Positions 49,651-58,364 of a DNA stretch of 64,000 nucleotides are shown here, piece by piece. The translations under genes were made by a program, and so were the position numbers. The stretch's first letter is position 1; each line of letters begins with the position of its first letter. The stretch is from the IMG/VR virus record IMGVR_UViG_3300035670_000154, positions 8,165 through 72,164 of that record, one strand, 5' to 3'. Under the pieces are notes generated by a model that searched no databases, was not told the DNA's origin, and saw only the letters and a program-made list of their open reading frames with translations. Source of the DNA: a virus.

Positions 49651-50406
49651 ATGTTTAGGACTGAAAAAAAAGATGCAGTATGTGAAAAACATGGCACTTT
49701 TGTGCAAGACGTTTTATTTATTTTAAACAAGCCAAGATATAGGATGTGCCCAAAATGTGTCGAAGAGGAAAAAATAGCTGAGGAGGAAAAAAGAATAAAA
49801 AAAGAAAAGCAAGAAAAACAAAGAGAAATCGAGAGACTTTTATCTGTTTCTGGCATACCTGAGATTTTTAAAGACGCTAGTTTTAAAAAATATGAAACAA
49901 ATGAAAAAAACATAGAAATAGTAGAGTTTGCAAAAAAATACGTTGTTGATTTTAAAAGCAACAATGGTGAGTCAATTGTTTTTCATGGTGAAACTGGTGT
50001 TGGTAAAAGTATGTTATCATGTGTTATTGCAAACAATTTAATTGCAAGGTGCAATACTGTTCTTTTTATAACTCTATCTGATATTTTTAAGCAGATAAAA
50101 GAAACATGGAAAAAAAATAGCGAATTAAGCGAGTCTGACGTAATAAATTCATTTTTATCTGTTGATTTGTTGATTATTGATGAGGTTGGGTTAAAGCAGT
50201 TAAGAGAAAACGATGATGCTTTGCTTTTTGATGTGATTGATGGTAGAATATTAAAAAGAAAGCCGTTTATAATAACAACAAATAAATCACCAGACTTGCT
50301 TTTTAAATTTGTTGGTGATAGAATAGCGTCAAGAATAATAGGCGTATGTAAAGGGCGTATTATTGGTTTTGATGGTGTATCTGATTATAGGATTAATGGA
50401 GAATAA
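49651..50406 (+). CDS. DnaC/IstB-like helicase loader
   Basis: CEKHG..CPKC zinc motif, GETGVGKS, LLIIDEVG, TTN, DRI.SR. Confidence 0.9.
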   Translation: MFRTEKKDAVCEKHGTFVQDVLFILNKPRYRMCPKCVEEEKIAEEEKRIKKEKQEKQREIERLLSVSGIPEIFKDASFKKYETNEKNIEIVEFAKKYVVDFKSNNGESIVFHGETGVGKSMLSCVIANNLIARCNTVLFITLSDIFKQIKETWKKNSELSESDVINSFLSVDLLIIDEVGLKQLRENDDALLFDVIDGRILKRKPFIITTNKSPDLLFKFVGDRIASRIIGVCKGRIIGFDGVSDYRINGE

Positions 50407-50407
50407 T

Positions 50408-50578
50408 ATGCCAAATATGACTTACTGCATGTTTCAAAATGTTTTAGAAGATTATGAACAGGCTTATGAACATTTAAAAGATGTTGGTATTGATGGTTTA
50501 TCGAAAATAGAGAGAGAAAAAGTATTGGAGCTTATTAGATTGTCTAAAGATTTTGTTGATGAATTTGATGTTGTTTGA
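50408..50578 (+). CDS. small hypothetical protein
   Basis: GGAG RBS; MPNMTYCMFQN. Confidence 0.6.
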   Translation: MPNMTYCMFQNVLEDYEQAYEHLKDVGIDGLSKIEREKVLELIRLSKDFVDEFDVV

Positions 50579-50600
50579 TTTTTTAACTTAGGAGATAAAT

Positions 50601-50912
50601 ATGAAAAAGAAAGATATTTTAAAGGCTGTTAAAGATGAGCTTTTTGAATCTAGAAGCACCGATCTTTCACTAAAAGATATCAAGAGTGTTCTTGAGATAT
50701 ATTTTGAATTTTTACTTGAGGACTCTGTCCATTGTGGTGAGCAATTTAAAACACCAATTGGTACGTTCTTTAAAAAAGAATTAAAGCCAAGAAAAGGAAA
50801 AACACCAGAAGGAAAAGATTTTAGTGTTGGGGAGCGCACTAAGCTATCTTTTAGGCAAAATAAACAATCGAAGGCTTGGATTGAATTGAAAAAACTTAAT
50901 GTAACTTTCTAG
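50601..50912 (+). CDS. HU/IHF-like DNA-binding protein
   Basis: IGTF.K....RKGKTP.G....V......F. Confidence 0.75.
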   Translation: MKKKDILKAVKDELFESRSTDLSLKDIKSVLEIYFEFLLEDSVHCGEQFKTPIGTFFKKELKPRKGKTPEGKDFSVGERTKLSFRQNKQSKAWIELKKLNVTF

Positions 50913-50920
50913 TTAATTTT

Positions 50921-50992
50921 ATCTCCATCGTATAATGGATAATACAGCACTCTTCTAAAGTGCGGATGAAGGTTCGACTCATTCTGGAGATG
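50921..50992 (+). tRNA. tRNA-Arg(UCU)
   Basis: ATCTCCA/TGGAGAT acceptor; GCACT-CTTCTAA-AGTGC; TTCGACT T-loop; one T-stem mismatch; no encoded CCA. Confidence 0.8.
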
Positions 50993-51023
50993 TTTTTTTT
51001 ATAAAAAATAATTTTGGAGTTAT

Positions 51024-51776
51024 ATGTTAAAGTTAAATGGGGTTGAGATATGCCCCACAATTTTTAGTGATAACACATCACAGATATGGAAAATTCATGA
51101 GAGTTTGTTTGAAACAGCTTCTGAAATAGAATGGATTTTTGGTGGAGACCAAGAGGTTTTTCATCTGTTTCAGTTGGCTATTCTTTGTAGGTCAAAAGGT
51201 GTTAAAAGTTTAAATCTTTTGACTAAATATTTGCCTTATGCTAGGCAGGATAAGCCTATTTCAAATGAAAGTACATTTGCATTACATGTTTTTTCAAAAA
51301 TAATCAATCAAATAAATTTTGATTCGATTTTTTGTTATGATCCACATTCTGACATTGCAAAAAAGCTAATTAATAATTTATTTTGTATTGATGTGGGAAG
51401 TCATGTTTATAGATTTTTTACAGAAAACAATTATGATGTTGTTTTGTACCCAGACTTAGGAGCAAAAACAAGATATTCTGAGCTTTATGGGCTTCCATAT
51501 ATTTACGCAGACAAAAAGCGAGATCAGCTTACTGGCAATATTGAAGGTCTTGATGTTATTGGTGATTGCGATGGTAAGACTGTTCTTATTGTTGATGATA
51601 TATGTGATGGAGGAGGCACGTTTATAATTGCTGCAAAGGAGCTTTATGATAAAGGAGCTATTGATGTTGGTCTTTTTGTTTCTCATGGCATTTTTTCAAA
51701 AGGAAAAGAGGTTTTATATAACGCAGGAATAAACAAAGTTTTTAGTTTAAATAATTTAGGAGATAAAAATGCTTAA
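51024..51776 (+). CDS. PRPP-synthetase-like protein (NARP1 Adps candidate)
   Basis: YLPYARQD, DPHS, PDLGA..RY, K.RD..TG, LIVDDICDGGGTF, VSHGIFS. Confidence 0.88.
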   Translation: MLKLNGVEICPTIFSDNTSQIWKIHESLFETASEIEWIFGGDQEVFHLFQLAILCRSKGVKSLNLLTKYLPYARQDKPISNESTFALHVFSKIINQINFDSIFCYDPHSDIAKKLINNLFCIDVGSHVYRFFTENNYDVVLYPDLGAKTRYSELYGLPYIYADKKRDQLTGNIEGLDVIGDCDGKTVLIVDDICDGGGTFIIAAKELYDKGAIDVGLFVSHGIFSKGKEVLYNAGINKVFSLNNLGDKNA

Positions 51777-53205
51777 GCTTTTGCCGCTTATTTGTTGTGA
51801 TGGATATAAACTTGAACATAGAAAGCAGTATCCAGAATCAACAGAAATTATTTATTCAACATGGACTCCAAGATTTTCTAAAAAAGAAGGGTTTGATGAT
51901 GTTGTTGTATTTGGGATTCAATACGCAATAAAAAAGGTTCATGATTATTTTGACGAGTATTTTTTTAAAAAAAATATAGATGATATTTTAAAAGAATACG
52001 CTTCAATAATGGAGTGTTATGGGGTTTATGAAATAGAAACTGATCATATCAGGAATCTTCATAAGATTGGTTTTTTACCAATAAAAATATCATCCGTTTA
52101 TGAGGGTGCTGTTGTAAAGTTTAAAACACCAGTTGTTACAATAGAAAATACATTAGATGAGTTTTTTTGGATAACAAATTTTTTAGAAACTTTTTTAAGC
52201 TGTGAACTCTGGCCAGCATCAACAGCCGCAACAATAGCGCTTAAGTACAAAAAAATATTAAAGAAATACGCAAAAAAAACATCCTCATGCGAAGGTTTTG
52301 TCGATATTCAAGCCCATGATTTTTCAATGAGAGGGCTTGAAGGAATTGAGGCTACTATTGGAATTGGGCTTGGTCATTTATCTTCATTTAAAGGAACTGA
52401 TACAATAACAGCAATTCAAGGCGCTATGTATTATTACAATCAAAAAGGTTTTATTGCTGGAACTGTCCCTGCAACAGAACATTCTATTCAGTCTTCATAC
52501 GGAGACGATTTAAAATATTTCAAAAAAATGTTGGATATATACAAAAAAGGAATAGTGTCTATCGTATCTGACGGGTATGATTATTTTAATGTTTTGACTA
52601 ATGTGTTGCCAAAAATAAGGAAAGAGATTCTTTCAAGGGATGGTAAGGTGGTTATACGACCAGACAGTGGAGACCCAGTTAAAATAATATGCGGAGACAA
52701 AGACGGAAAAACAATAGAAGAGCAAAAAGGTTCTATTGAAATTTTGTATGAAATTTTTGGAGGATTTATCAATGAAAAGGGATATAAAGAGCTTGATCCT
52801 CATATAGGTTTAATATATGGCGACTCAATTACTTTGAACAGGTGTGAAGAAATTTGCCAAAAACTTGCTGAAAAAGGTTTTGCATCAACAAATGTTGTTT
52901 TTGGTGTTGGTAGTTATAGCTATCAGTATAATACTAGGGACAGTTTCGGTTTCGCATTAAAATCAACTGCCAACTCTGTTAGCGGAAAAGAGTTTGCTTT
53001 ATTTAAAGACCCAAAAACAGACGATGGCATGAAAAAATCTCAAAAAGGTAGGGTTTTTGTTGATGCTGATTTTTCTTGGTCTGACGGCTATACAAGTAAA
53101 AATATGCCAGAAAATAATATGTTAAAGCCAATTTATATTGACGGTAAATTTTTGATTGAAACAAGCCTAGAGGATGTTAGAAAAAGACTAGATAAGATAG
53201 CTTAA
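51769..53205 (+). CDS. NAMPT-like protein (NARP1 Namat candidate)
   Basis: DGYK..H..QYP, HDFSMRG, GTDT, PATEHS, SIVSD.YD, IRPDSGDP, IYGDSIT, KDPKTD.G.KKS.KG. Confidence 0.9.
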   Translation: MLKLLPLICCDGYKLEHRKQYPESTEIIYSTWTPRFSKKEGFDDVVVFGIQYAIKKVHDYFDEYFFKKNIDDILKEYASIMECYGVYEIETDHIRNLHKIGFLPIKISSVYEGAVVKFKTPVVTIENTLDEFFWITNFLETFLSCELWPASTAATIALKYKKILKKYAKKTSSCEGFVDIQAHDFSMRGLEGIEATIGIGLGHLSSFKGTDTITAIQGAMYYYNQKGFIAGTVPATEHSIQSSYGDDLKYFKKMLDIYKKGIVSIVSDGYDYFNVLTNVLPKIRKEILSRDGKVVIRPDSGDPVKIICGDKDGKTIEEQKGSIEILYEIFGGFINEKGYKELDPHIGLIYGDSITLNRCEEICQKLAEKGFASTNVVFGVGSYSYQYNTRDSFGFALKSTANSVSGKEFALFKDPKTDDGMKKSQKGRVFVDADFSWSDGYTSKNMPENNMLKPIYIDGKFLIETSLEDVRKRLDKIA

Positions 53206-53211
53206 AAAATA

Positions 53212-53285
53212 GCGCCGTTAGCTCAGTTGGTTAGAGCAGAGGACTCATAATCCTTTGGTCACAGGTTCGAGTCCTGTACGGCGCA
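53212..53285 (+). tRNA. tRNA with CAT anticodon, Ile2 (lysidine)-type
   Basis: GCGCCGT/ACGGCGC acceptor; TAGCTCAGTTGGTTAGAGC; GAGGA-CTCATAA-TCCTT; resembles bacterial tRNA-Ile2. Confidence 0.9.
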
Positions 53286-53319
53286 TAATCTTTATTTTTA
53301 AATAAACGAAGGAAATAAA

Positions 53320-53604
53320 ATGAATGTCTTGATTAAAGCGAGTGATCTACCAAAATCTGATATTGAAATTGATAAATTAAAAAATGTGCTATCTTACTTG
53401 AATAAAAGTATTCTTGAAGAGAATAACAAAGGATTTAAATCTTTAAAAACTCACGGTAAAAATGGTGAATTTGGAGGTGATGAGCTTTATTGCCACATAA
53501 CACCTTTTGTAAAATCTGTTATTGATGAGCTTAAAGAAGCTGGATATAAGGCTGAAATTAGTTCTAATAACGCTTCTGGCATCCATCTTTTAATTAAATG
53601 GTAA
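53320..53604 (+). CDS. hypothetical protein
   Basis: AAGGA RBS; L...GYK....L.I.W C-terminus. Confidence 0.65.
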   Translation: MNVLIKASDLPKSDIEIDKLKNVLSYLNKSILEENNKGFKSLKTHGKNGEFGGDELYCHITPFVKSVIDELKEAGYKAEISSNNASGIHLLIKW

Positions 53605-53636
53605 TATGTTTTACGCCTGTATCATAAAAACAACAC

Positions 53637-53665
53637 TTGACACAATAAGGTTTTTTTGTTATTAT
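53637..53665 (+). promoter_or_regulatory. strong sigma70-like promoter of the RNA operon
   Basis: TTGACA-17 nt-TATTAT with TGn extension. Confidence 0.7.
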
Positions 53666-53676
53666 TTATTTTAAAT

Positions 53677-53777
53677 AATCATTAGCGATACAAAAAATAG
53701 ATTTTTGTAAAGTTGCCGATAAAAGCATATATATTGTATATATGCCAAAAGCCATGACTGATTGTTATGTAATGATT
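53677..53777 (+). ncRNA. candidate four-way-junction RNA
   Basis: closing stem AATCATTA/TAATGATT enclosing three hairpins. Confidence 0.55.
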
Positions 53778-53787
53778 GCTCTTTTTT

Positions 53788-53865
53788 CTTAGCGTAGGCT
53801 AGTTTGGTTAAGTCACTCCGTTTGGGGCGGAGATATCGTAGGTTCAAATCCTACCGCTAAGACCA
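53788..53865 (+). tRNA. tRNA-Pro(UGG)
   Basis: CTTAGCG/CGCTAAG acceptor; CTCCG-TTTGGGG-CGGAG; GTAGG-TTCAAAT-CCTAC; ACCA end. Confidence 0.93.
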
Positions 53866-53870
53866 TTTTT

Positions 53871-54000
53871 TTAAGCGTATATCAGTGGTAGATAATATGG
53901 CAGAGCCTAAATAATGGAATTTTATAACTGAAATAAATATCCTTTCAGCTCTTTTTAGGATTTCGCGATAAGGTCGATGGTTCAAATCCATTCGCTTAAA
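53871..54000 (+). ncRNA. tRNA-like RNA with a 65-nt structured insert replacing the anticodon loop
   Basis: TTAAGCG/CGCTTAA acceptor, TATC-AGTGGTA-GATA D-arm, AGGTC variable loop, GATGG-TTCAAAT-CCATT T-arm. Confidence 0.75.
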
Positions 54001-54004
54001 AATC

Positions 54005-54037
54005 AATACCCAGTTTTTATGGCTGGGTATTTTTTTT
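54005..54037 (+). terminator. intrinsic terminator closing the RNA operon
   Basis: AATACCCAG-N9-CTGGGTATT followed by a T-run. Confidence 0.8.
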
Positions 54038-54123
54038 CTTTATTTTTTGGAGCTTTTATGTTTTTAGCTAATTTAGTTTTCTTTTTAATTTGTTTGTATT
54101 TTGGTAAAAAAATAAGTGATAGG

Positions 54124-54564
54124 TTAGATAGATGATATTCTATGGGCGTTTATTGATAAAACAGCCATTGCAGAATCTCTCTCGTGTGGATTAGACTGTT
54201 TAGACCATCCTGTTATTTGATTAAAGGCTTTAGAATCGATTTTAGAGCCTTTTTTCTTTGCTGATACACCAAAATGCTCAATCTTGTTTTTAATGGCGTA
54301 TTCCTCTATTAAGTGGCTCCAAGCATCAATTGTTCCAACTTTTCTTGCTATACTCATAGCTGCTGCTTTTGATTGTGTTCCTACAGCATTGTACATAAAG
54401 CCAATTTTTCTACTATCCTCAAAAACAATTATATCTGGCTTTTCTTTAGGTAAAAGAATAACCACCAAATCCAATGGATTAGTGGTTTGAAGATCAACTA
54501 GCTTTCCGTTTATGAAAATTGAAACACCAGTTTTTAAACCAGGGTCTATTCCTATTGTTCTGAT
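54124..54564 (-). CDS. RuvC-like Holliday junction resolvase; apparent start codon ATC
   Basis: frame extends to RTIGIDPGLKTG; internal VFED; C-terminal NPHERDSA. Confidence 0.75.
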   Translation of the reverse strand: MRTIGIDPGLKTGVSIFINGKLVDLQTTNPLDLVVILLPKEKPDIIVFEDSRKIGFMYNAVGTQSKAAAMSIARKVGTIDAWSHLIEEYAIKNKIEHFGVSAKKKGSKIDSKAFNQITGWSKQSNPHERDSAMAVLSINAHRISSI

Positions 54565-54815
54565 TTTTTTTCTCCAATAATTTTTATTGTATCTATTTGA
54601 TCATGGCTTTCGTTATGAACATCAATCAAACCTTTTGAGAAAATATAATCAACTACAATCACATCGCCTTTTTTACCATAATAGCAATCTTCTTTTAAGG
54701 TCAATTTCTCTTGGAAACAAAATGTACCAAGAGCAATAATTGTCCATTCAGTAATCTCAGCCTCTATTCCCAAGTATGTTTTAGCAGTTTCTGATATAGC
54801 AATTTCTTCACACAT
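54552..54815 (-). CDS. hypothetical protein
   Basis: GGAAGG RBS; MKMCEEIAIS region. Confidence 0.55.
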   Translation of the reverse strand: MCEEIAISETAKTYLGIEAEITEWTIIALGTFCFQEKLTLKEDCYYGKKGDVIVVDYIFSKGLIDVHNESHDQIDTIKIIGEKKSEQ

Positions 54816-55032
54816 TTTCATTTCCTTCCTTTGGTACAATAAACGTAACTTTTGTTGTTCTAATATTAACAGCAACATATAAGTATGTCAAGCCAATTCC
54901 AATGTGAGCAACGATATAACCAATAGGCGATTGCATAAATACACCGCCAATAGCATATCCTAAAGACGTTCCAAAGAAAAAACAATCGTTAAAATTTATT
55001 TTTTCACTAATTTTTTTAAAAATATTCTTCAT
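54808..55032 (-). CDS. small membrane protein
   Basis: two hydrophobic segments; GAGG RBS. Confidence 0.55.
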   Translation of the reverse strand: MKNIFKKISEKINFNDCFFFGTSLGYAIGGVFMQSPIGYIVAHIGIGLTYLYVAVNIRTTKVTFIVPKEGNENV

Positions 55033-55378
55033 TTAAATCCTCATCAATAAAACAAGTAGTATCAATAGATTCTGCAACTCTTGATTTTTCAACCATAAGA
55101 TACATTAATTTTTTAAACTCTTTAAAATTTTTTGGCATAATGCTTGTCCTAGCGCCTGTAGATACAGAAAATCTATCAAATTTTTTTTTAGAATATCCAC
55201 ATAAAATCAAACTTTCAGGTATCCACAAGCAACACCTAAATCGCCTATTTTTAAAATAAAATTCACTGTGAAACTTTTTCTTTCCCATATCAGATTGATA
55301 TAGGTCTTTAATATGAAGTCTTTCGCACCAATTGTTCCACTGTTTTGGCTTTTTTGTTACGTCTTTGTATTTAACCAT
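55016..55378 (-). CDS. basic hypothetical protein
   Basis: GAGG RBS; 120 aa. Confidence 0.65.
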   Translation of the reverse strand: MVKYKDVTKKPKQWNNWCERLHIKDLYQSDMGKKKFHSEFYFKNRRFRCCLWIPESLILCGYSKKKFDRFSVSTGARTSIMPKNFKEFKKLMYLMVEKSRVAESIDTTCFIDEDLNEEYF

Positions 55379-55433
55379 TTAAACCTCACTAAAATTAATT
55401 ATTGGAATGGCTGCATATTCACCACTAAGATAG

Positions 55434-55601
55434 TCATCCTGAATAATCAATTGTTGGAACCGCGCCTACTTCAAAATCTGCCTTTAAATGTGTGTCGATT
55501 GCCTCTTGATGTTGCGTAACCCAATTTTTATTTACTCTCAAATCAAAACGCGTTTCTTCACTAAAAGATAAAAAGTTAGCCACTGAAAATTCAAGTAACA
55601 T
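55434..55601 (-). CDS. 55-aa protein starting with an AAA_21/ABC-like ATPase N-terminal motif
   Basis: GGAG-7 nt-ATG; MLLEFSVANFLSFSEETRFDL; no Walker A. Confidence 0.5.
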   Translation of the reverse strand: MLLEFSVANFLSFSEETRFDLRVNKNWVTQHQEAIDTHLKADFEVGAVPTIDYSG

Positions 55602-55628
55602 ATTAAACTCCATTAAAATCAACGTGCT

Positions 55629-56150
55629 TTATTTTTGTAAATGTGTTTTATACATTTCAGAAAAAAGACTTAATAAATCACTTTCTAAGTATTCCATATC
55701 AGTAAATTTTTCAATATAGAACTCCTCTTTTTCTTTTATAAAAGCCACAATCTCTTTTTCTTCAAACAAATCCAAAATCATTGTTTGAATGTTTGTTTGT
55801 TGTGCTTTAACACCCAGATTAAAAAATATATAAATACTAGCCGCGTCAAAAACAAACGTAGCGCGGTTTTTGCTATCCATCAAGTGCTTGTTCCACAAAA
55901 AACCATGTATAATTGCGTTTAACTCAACAAGTCTTCTTTTTTGTAAATCAATTAGATTCGCTTGTATCGTTGAAAATTCATCAACAGCTTTTTTAAGCGC
56001 TGTTGCGTTATTTCTTTGTCTAAAATAACAAGCAATAAGAGTTAAAATCTCACCTTCAAAATCTTTCCCTGCACGTATTTTTTCCAGTATTGTTTCAGCA
56101 ACAGATATAACAACCATAACATATTTAAAGTCATAATTTTTCTGTTTCAT
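55629..56150 (-). CDS. hypothetical protein
   Basis: AAGGGG RBS before MKQKNY. Confidence 0.6.
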   Translation of the reverse strand: MKQKNYDFKYVMVVISVAETILEKIRAGKDFEGEILTLIACYFRQRNNATALKKAVDEFSTIQANLIDLQKRRLVELNAIIHGFLWNKHLMDSKNRATFVFDAASIYIFFNLGVKAQQTNIQTMILDLFEEKEIVAFIKEKEEFYIEKFTDMEYLESDLLSLFSEMYKTHLQK

Positions 56151-56160
56151 ATTTTCCCCT

Positions 56161-56652
56161 TCAATAAAAGTTGTGATTACCAATCTTTTTTAGCATTTTC
56201 ATCTTTTTAAAAGATGCTGTTTTTACTGCTATTTTTTCGTTCATAAAATATCTTGCAGCAATTTTTGTTTTGTTTTGCCTATCAACGATAATAGCTATTT
56301 TAACACAATCAGATAATTTTCTAAAATCGTTTTTTGTTTTTATGTTCTTTTTCAACCAATCTTTTTTGTTTAGTGTTTGATATGAAAATTGATGTTTTTT
56401 TCTTACCACATCGCAATAGGTTTTTCCATAGAATTTAGGGTTTGTTTTTACTCTGTTTTTTACTACATAAGCAACAGCAAACTTGCCTTCATCTGGCTCT
56501 GATATTGATTCAAAAACAACAGCCTCTGCTAAACAATAGACCTGCTCATCATAATAACCAAGTTGCTTTATAAGCTCGCTTTTTATTACGTTTGATTTTG
56601 CAGTAAAACAAAGTAAAAGCAAAGTCAAAAAAATGTATTTTTTATTCATCAT
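56161..56652 (-). CDS. SleB-like cell wall hydrolase (Hydrolase_2)
   Basis: CLAEAVVFES..EP..G..AVA.VV.NRV, QFS, IGNH.FY; N-terminal signal/anchor. Confidence 0.88.
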   Translation of the reverse strand: MMNKKYIFLTLLLLCFTAKSNVIKSELIKQLGYYDEQVYCLAEAVVFESISEPDEGKFAVAYVVKNRVKTNPKFYGKTYCDVVRKKHQFSYQTLNKKDWLKKNIKTKNDFRKLSDCVKIAIIVDRQNKTKIAARYFMNEKIAVKTASFKKMKMLKKIGNHNFY

Positions 56653-56875
56653 TCAACCATTAACTACAAACCTAAACGCAACATAACTGCAATCTTGCAA
56701 ATGCGCATTTTCCAAAAATCCATCTATAACATGTCTAGCGTGGTTTATTGTTTCTATCGCATCCTCAATTACATTGTTACCTATCGCTGCAAAAATCATT
56801 GCATCAATCTCATAAATTGTTGGATGTGTGCATGATATTGCAAACCAACCATCCGTTTCGTTTGCGTATTTTACT

Positions 56876-57196
56876 TCAAACATGCTTATCACCAATTGTA
56901 TCTTCAAGTAATCTGTCATAAGCGTATAGAACTGTTGTTCTTTTTGGTAGCATTTTTTCTTTTGTTGTTAAAGCTGATGCTTTAATTAAATAAAAGCTGG
57001 AATACGGATGATTTTTAATCCAAAAAACAACTCCACCTAAACTTGCAGTAGAATTATCAATCTTTTTAAATTTATGTTTTTTTAATAAATCTAATAATTT
57101 TTCATCATTAACTTCTGATGTTTGATAACTTCTTGCCCAACATGATGGCGTAATTAAAACTTTCATTAAATATTTAAAATACGTAGATTTTTTCAT
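56876..57196 (-). CDS. hypothetical protein
   Basis: AAAGGA RBS; W..NHPY..P.R.T motif. Confidence 0.65.
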   Translation of the reverse strand: MKKSTYFKYLMKVLITPSCWARSYQTSEVNDEKLLDLLKKHKFKKIDNSTASLGGVVFWIKNHPYSSFYLIKASALTTKEKMLPKRTTVLYAYDRLLEDTIGDKHV

Positions 57197-57197
57197 T

Positions 57198-57908
57198 TTA
57201 CATTCCTTTCATAATCAAAAACTTATTATACCATTTTTCATAAGTTGTGAACAGCGGAGGGCGCTTTGATCTTATTTTTTGCGCCAATTCCCATATTGAT
57301 TCTATCCTAAGAGTAGGATCAATTTTCTGCAAACAATTCCTTATATATTTTGCCTCATCGCCCCATATTTTCTTTTCGTCTAACCCTTTAAAAAGCAATA
57401 GCCAGTCATTTTTAGTCGATCTTAAAACTGGCTTATGTGTTTTTCTTTTCATTTTTCTACTGTAATCTGTTCTTGTTGTTGGTTTTCTACGTTTTGGGTT
57501 ATATAAGTATCTATTAAAATATACCCTGCGCCTAACCTTACTATAATCAGTTGGATAACCCATGTCATAACAATGTCGGCAAACGCCAGACCGATAGTGT
57601 TTTCTATCAGCGTGATGTGGTAAGCAGTTTGACACTAATCTATTGCCATTGTCATCACAGACAAAATCGTCTTTAAAATACCTTTTTCTAATAAAAGACT
57701 TACCGCCATTATCGATAAAAAAATTCAATATTTTGTCGTAGTGTTCTTTTTTTATAAGACCATTTTTTAGGTTCTCAATAACCGCCTTACCCCGCCTTAT
57801 TCCAACCGTGTTTAGCGATTGAGATAAAGCGTGATCAATAGGCTGGTTAAGCTCTTTGTCAGATATTTGCCTGATAAAATCAATATCTAACTGATCAATT
57901 TTTATCAT
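57198..57908 (-). CDS. basic protein with a putative zinc finger
   Basis: C..H....HY..GVCRHCY. Confidence 0.6.
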   Translation of the reverse strand: MIKIDQLDIDFIRQISDKELNQPIDHALSQSLNTVGIRRGKAVIENLKNGLIKKEHYDKILNFFIDNGGKSFIRKRYFKDDFVCDDNGNRLVSNCLPHHADRKHYRSGVCRHCYDMGYPTDYSKVRRRVYFNRYLYNPKRRKPTTRTDYSRKMKRKTHKPVLRSTKNDWLLLFKGLDEKKIWGDEAKYIRNCLQKIDPTLRIESIWELAQKIRSKRPPLFTTYEKWYNKFLIMKGM

Positions 57909-58364
57909 AAAAACCTAGAAACATTAAAAACAAAACCATCCTCATGTTTTTTATTTTCTCTTTGCAACAGCTTTTCAAAAACATTGTTTTTTTGAATTGT
58001 AGCGCAAAACTCATCTCTTCTTTTTTCTTTTTTGCTTTTAAATAAAATCAAGTTTTTCATAACACCTCCAAAAAAATATCTTGTTTTAAAAATTCAACAA
58101 AAGTGGTTTTTTTGCGCTTTCTGTTAAATTTATCTAGCTTTTCTTGATAATCATAATCAAACCCAGAAATATAAAAACCATTTTTTAAAACGGAGATCAT
58201 CTCAGGTTGAAAGCCATCCTCTTTTGCTTTCTCAAAATTAGCTTCAAAATCAGAATCAAAAACAATATATTGATTTTCCCCTTCCTTGTTGCTTCCCTGT
58301 AAAAACCAAAACTGTTTTATTTTAAAATTTCTTAGCTCAACATGCCTTTTTATAAAATTTTCAT

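Noticed and set aside
53871-54000. tmRNA, or a tRNA with a canonical intron
   Set aside because: There is no G3.U70 alanine acceptor or tag ORF, a full D-stem is present, there is no BHB or group I core, and removing an insert does not restore a U33 loop.
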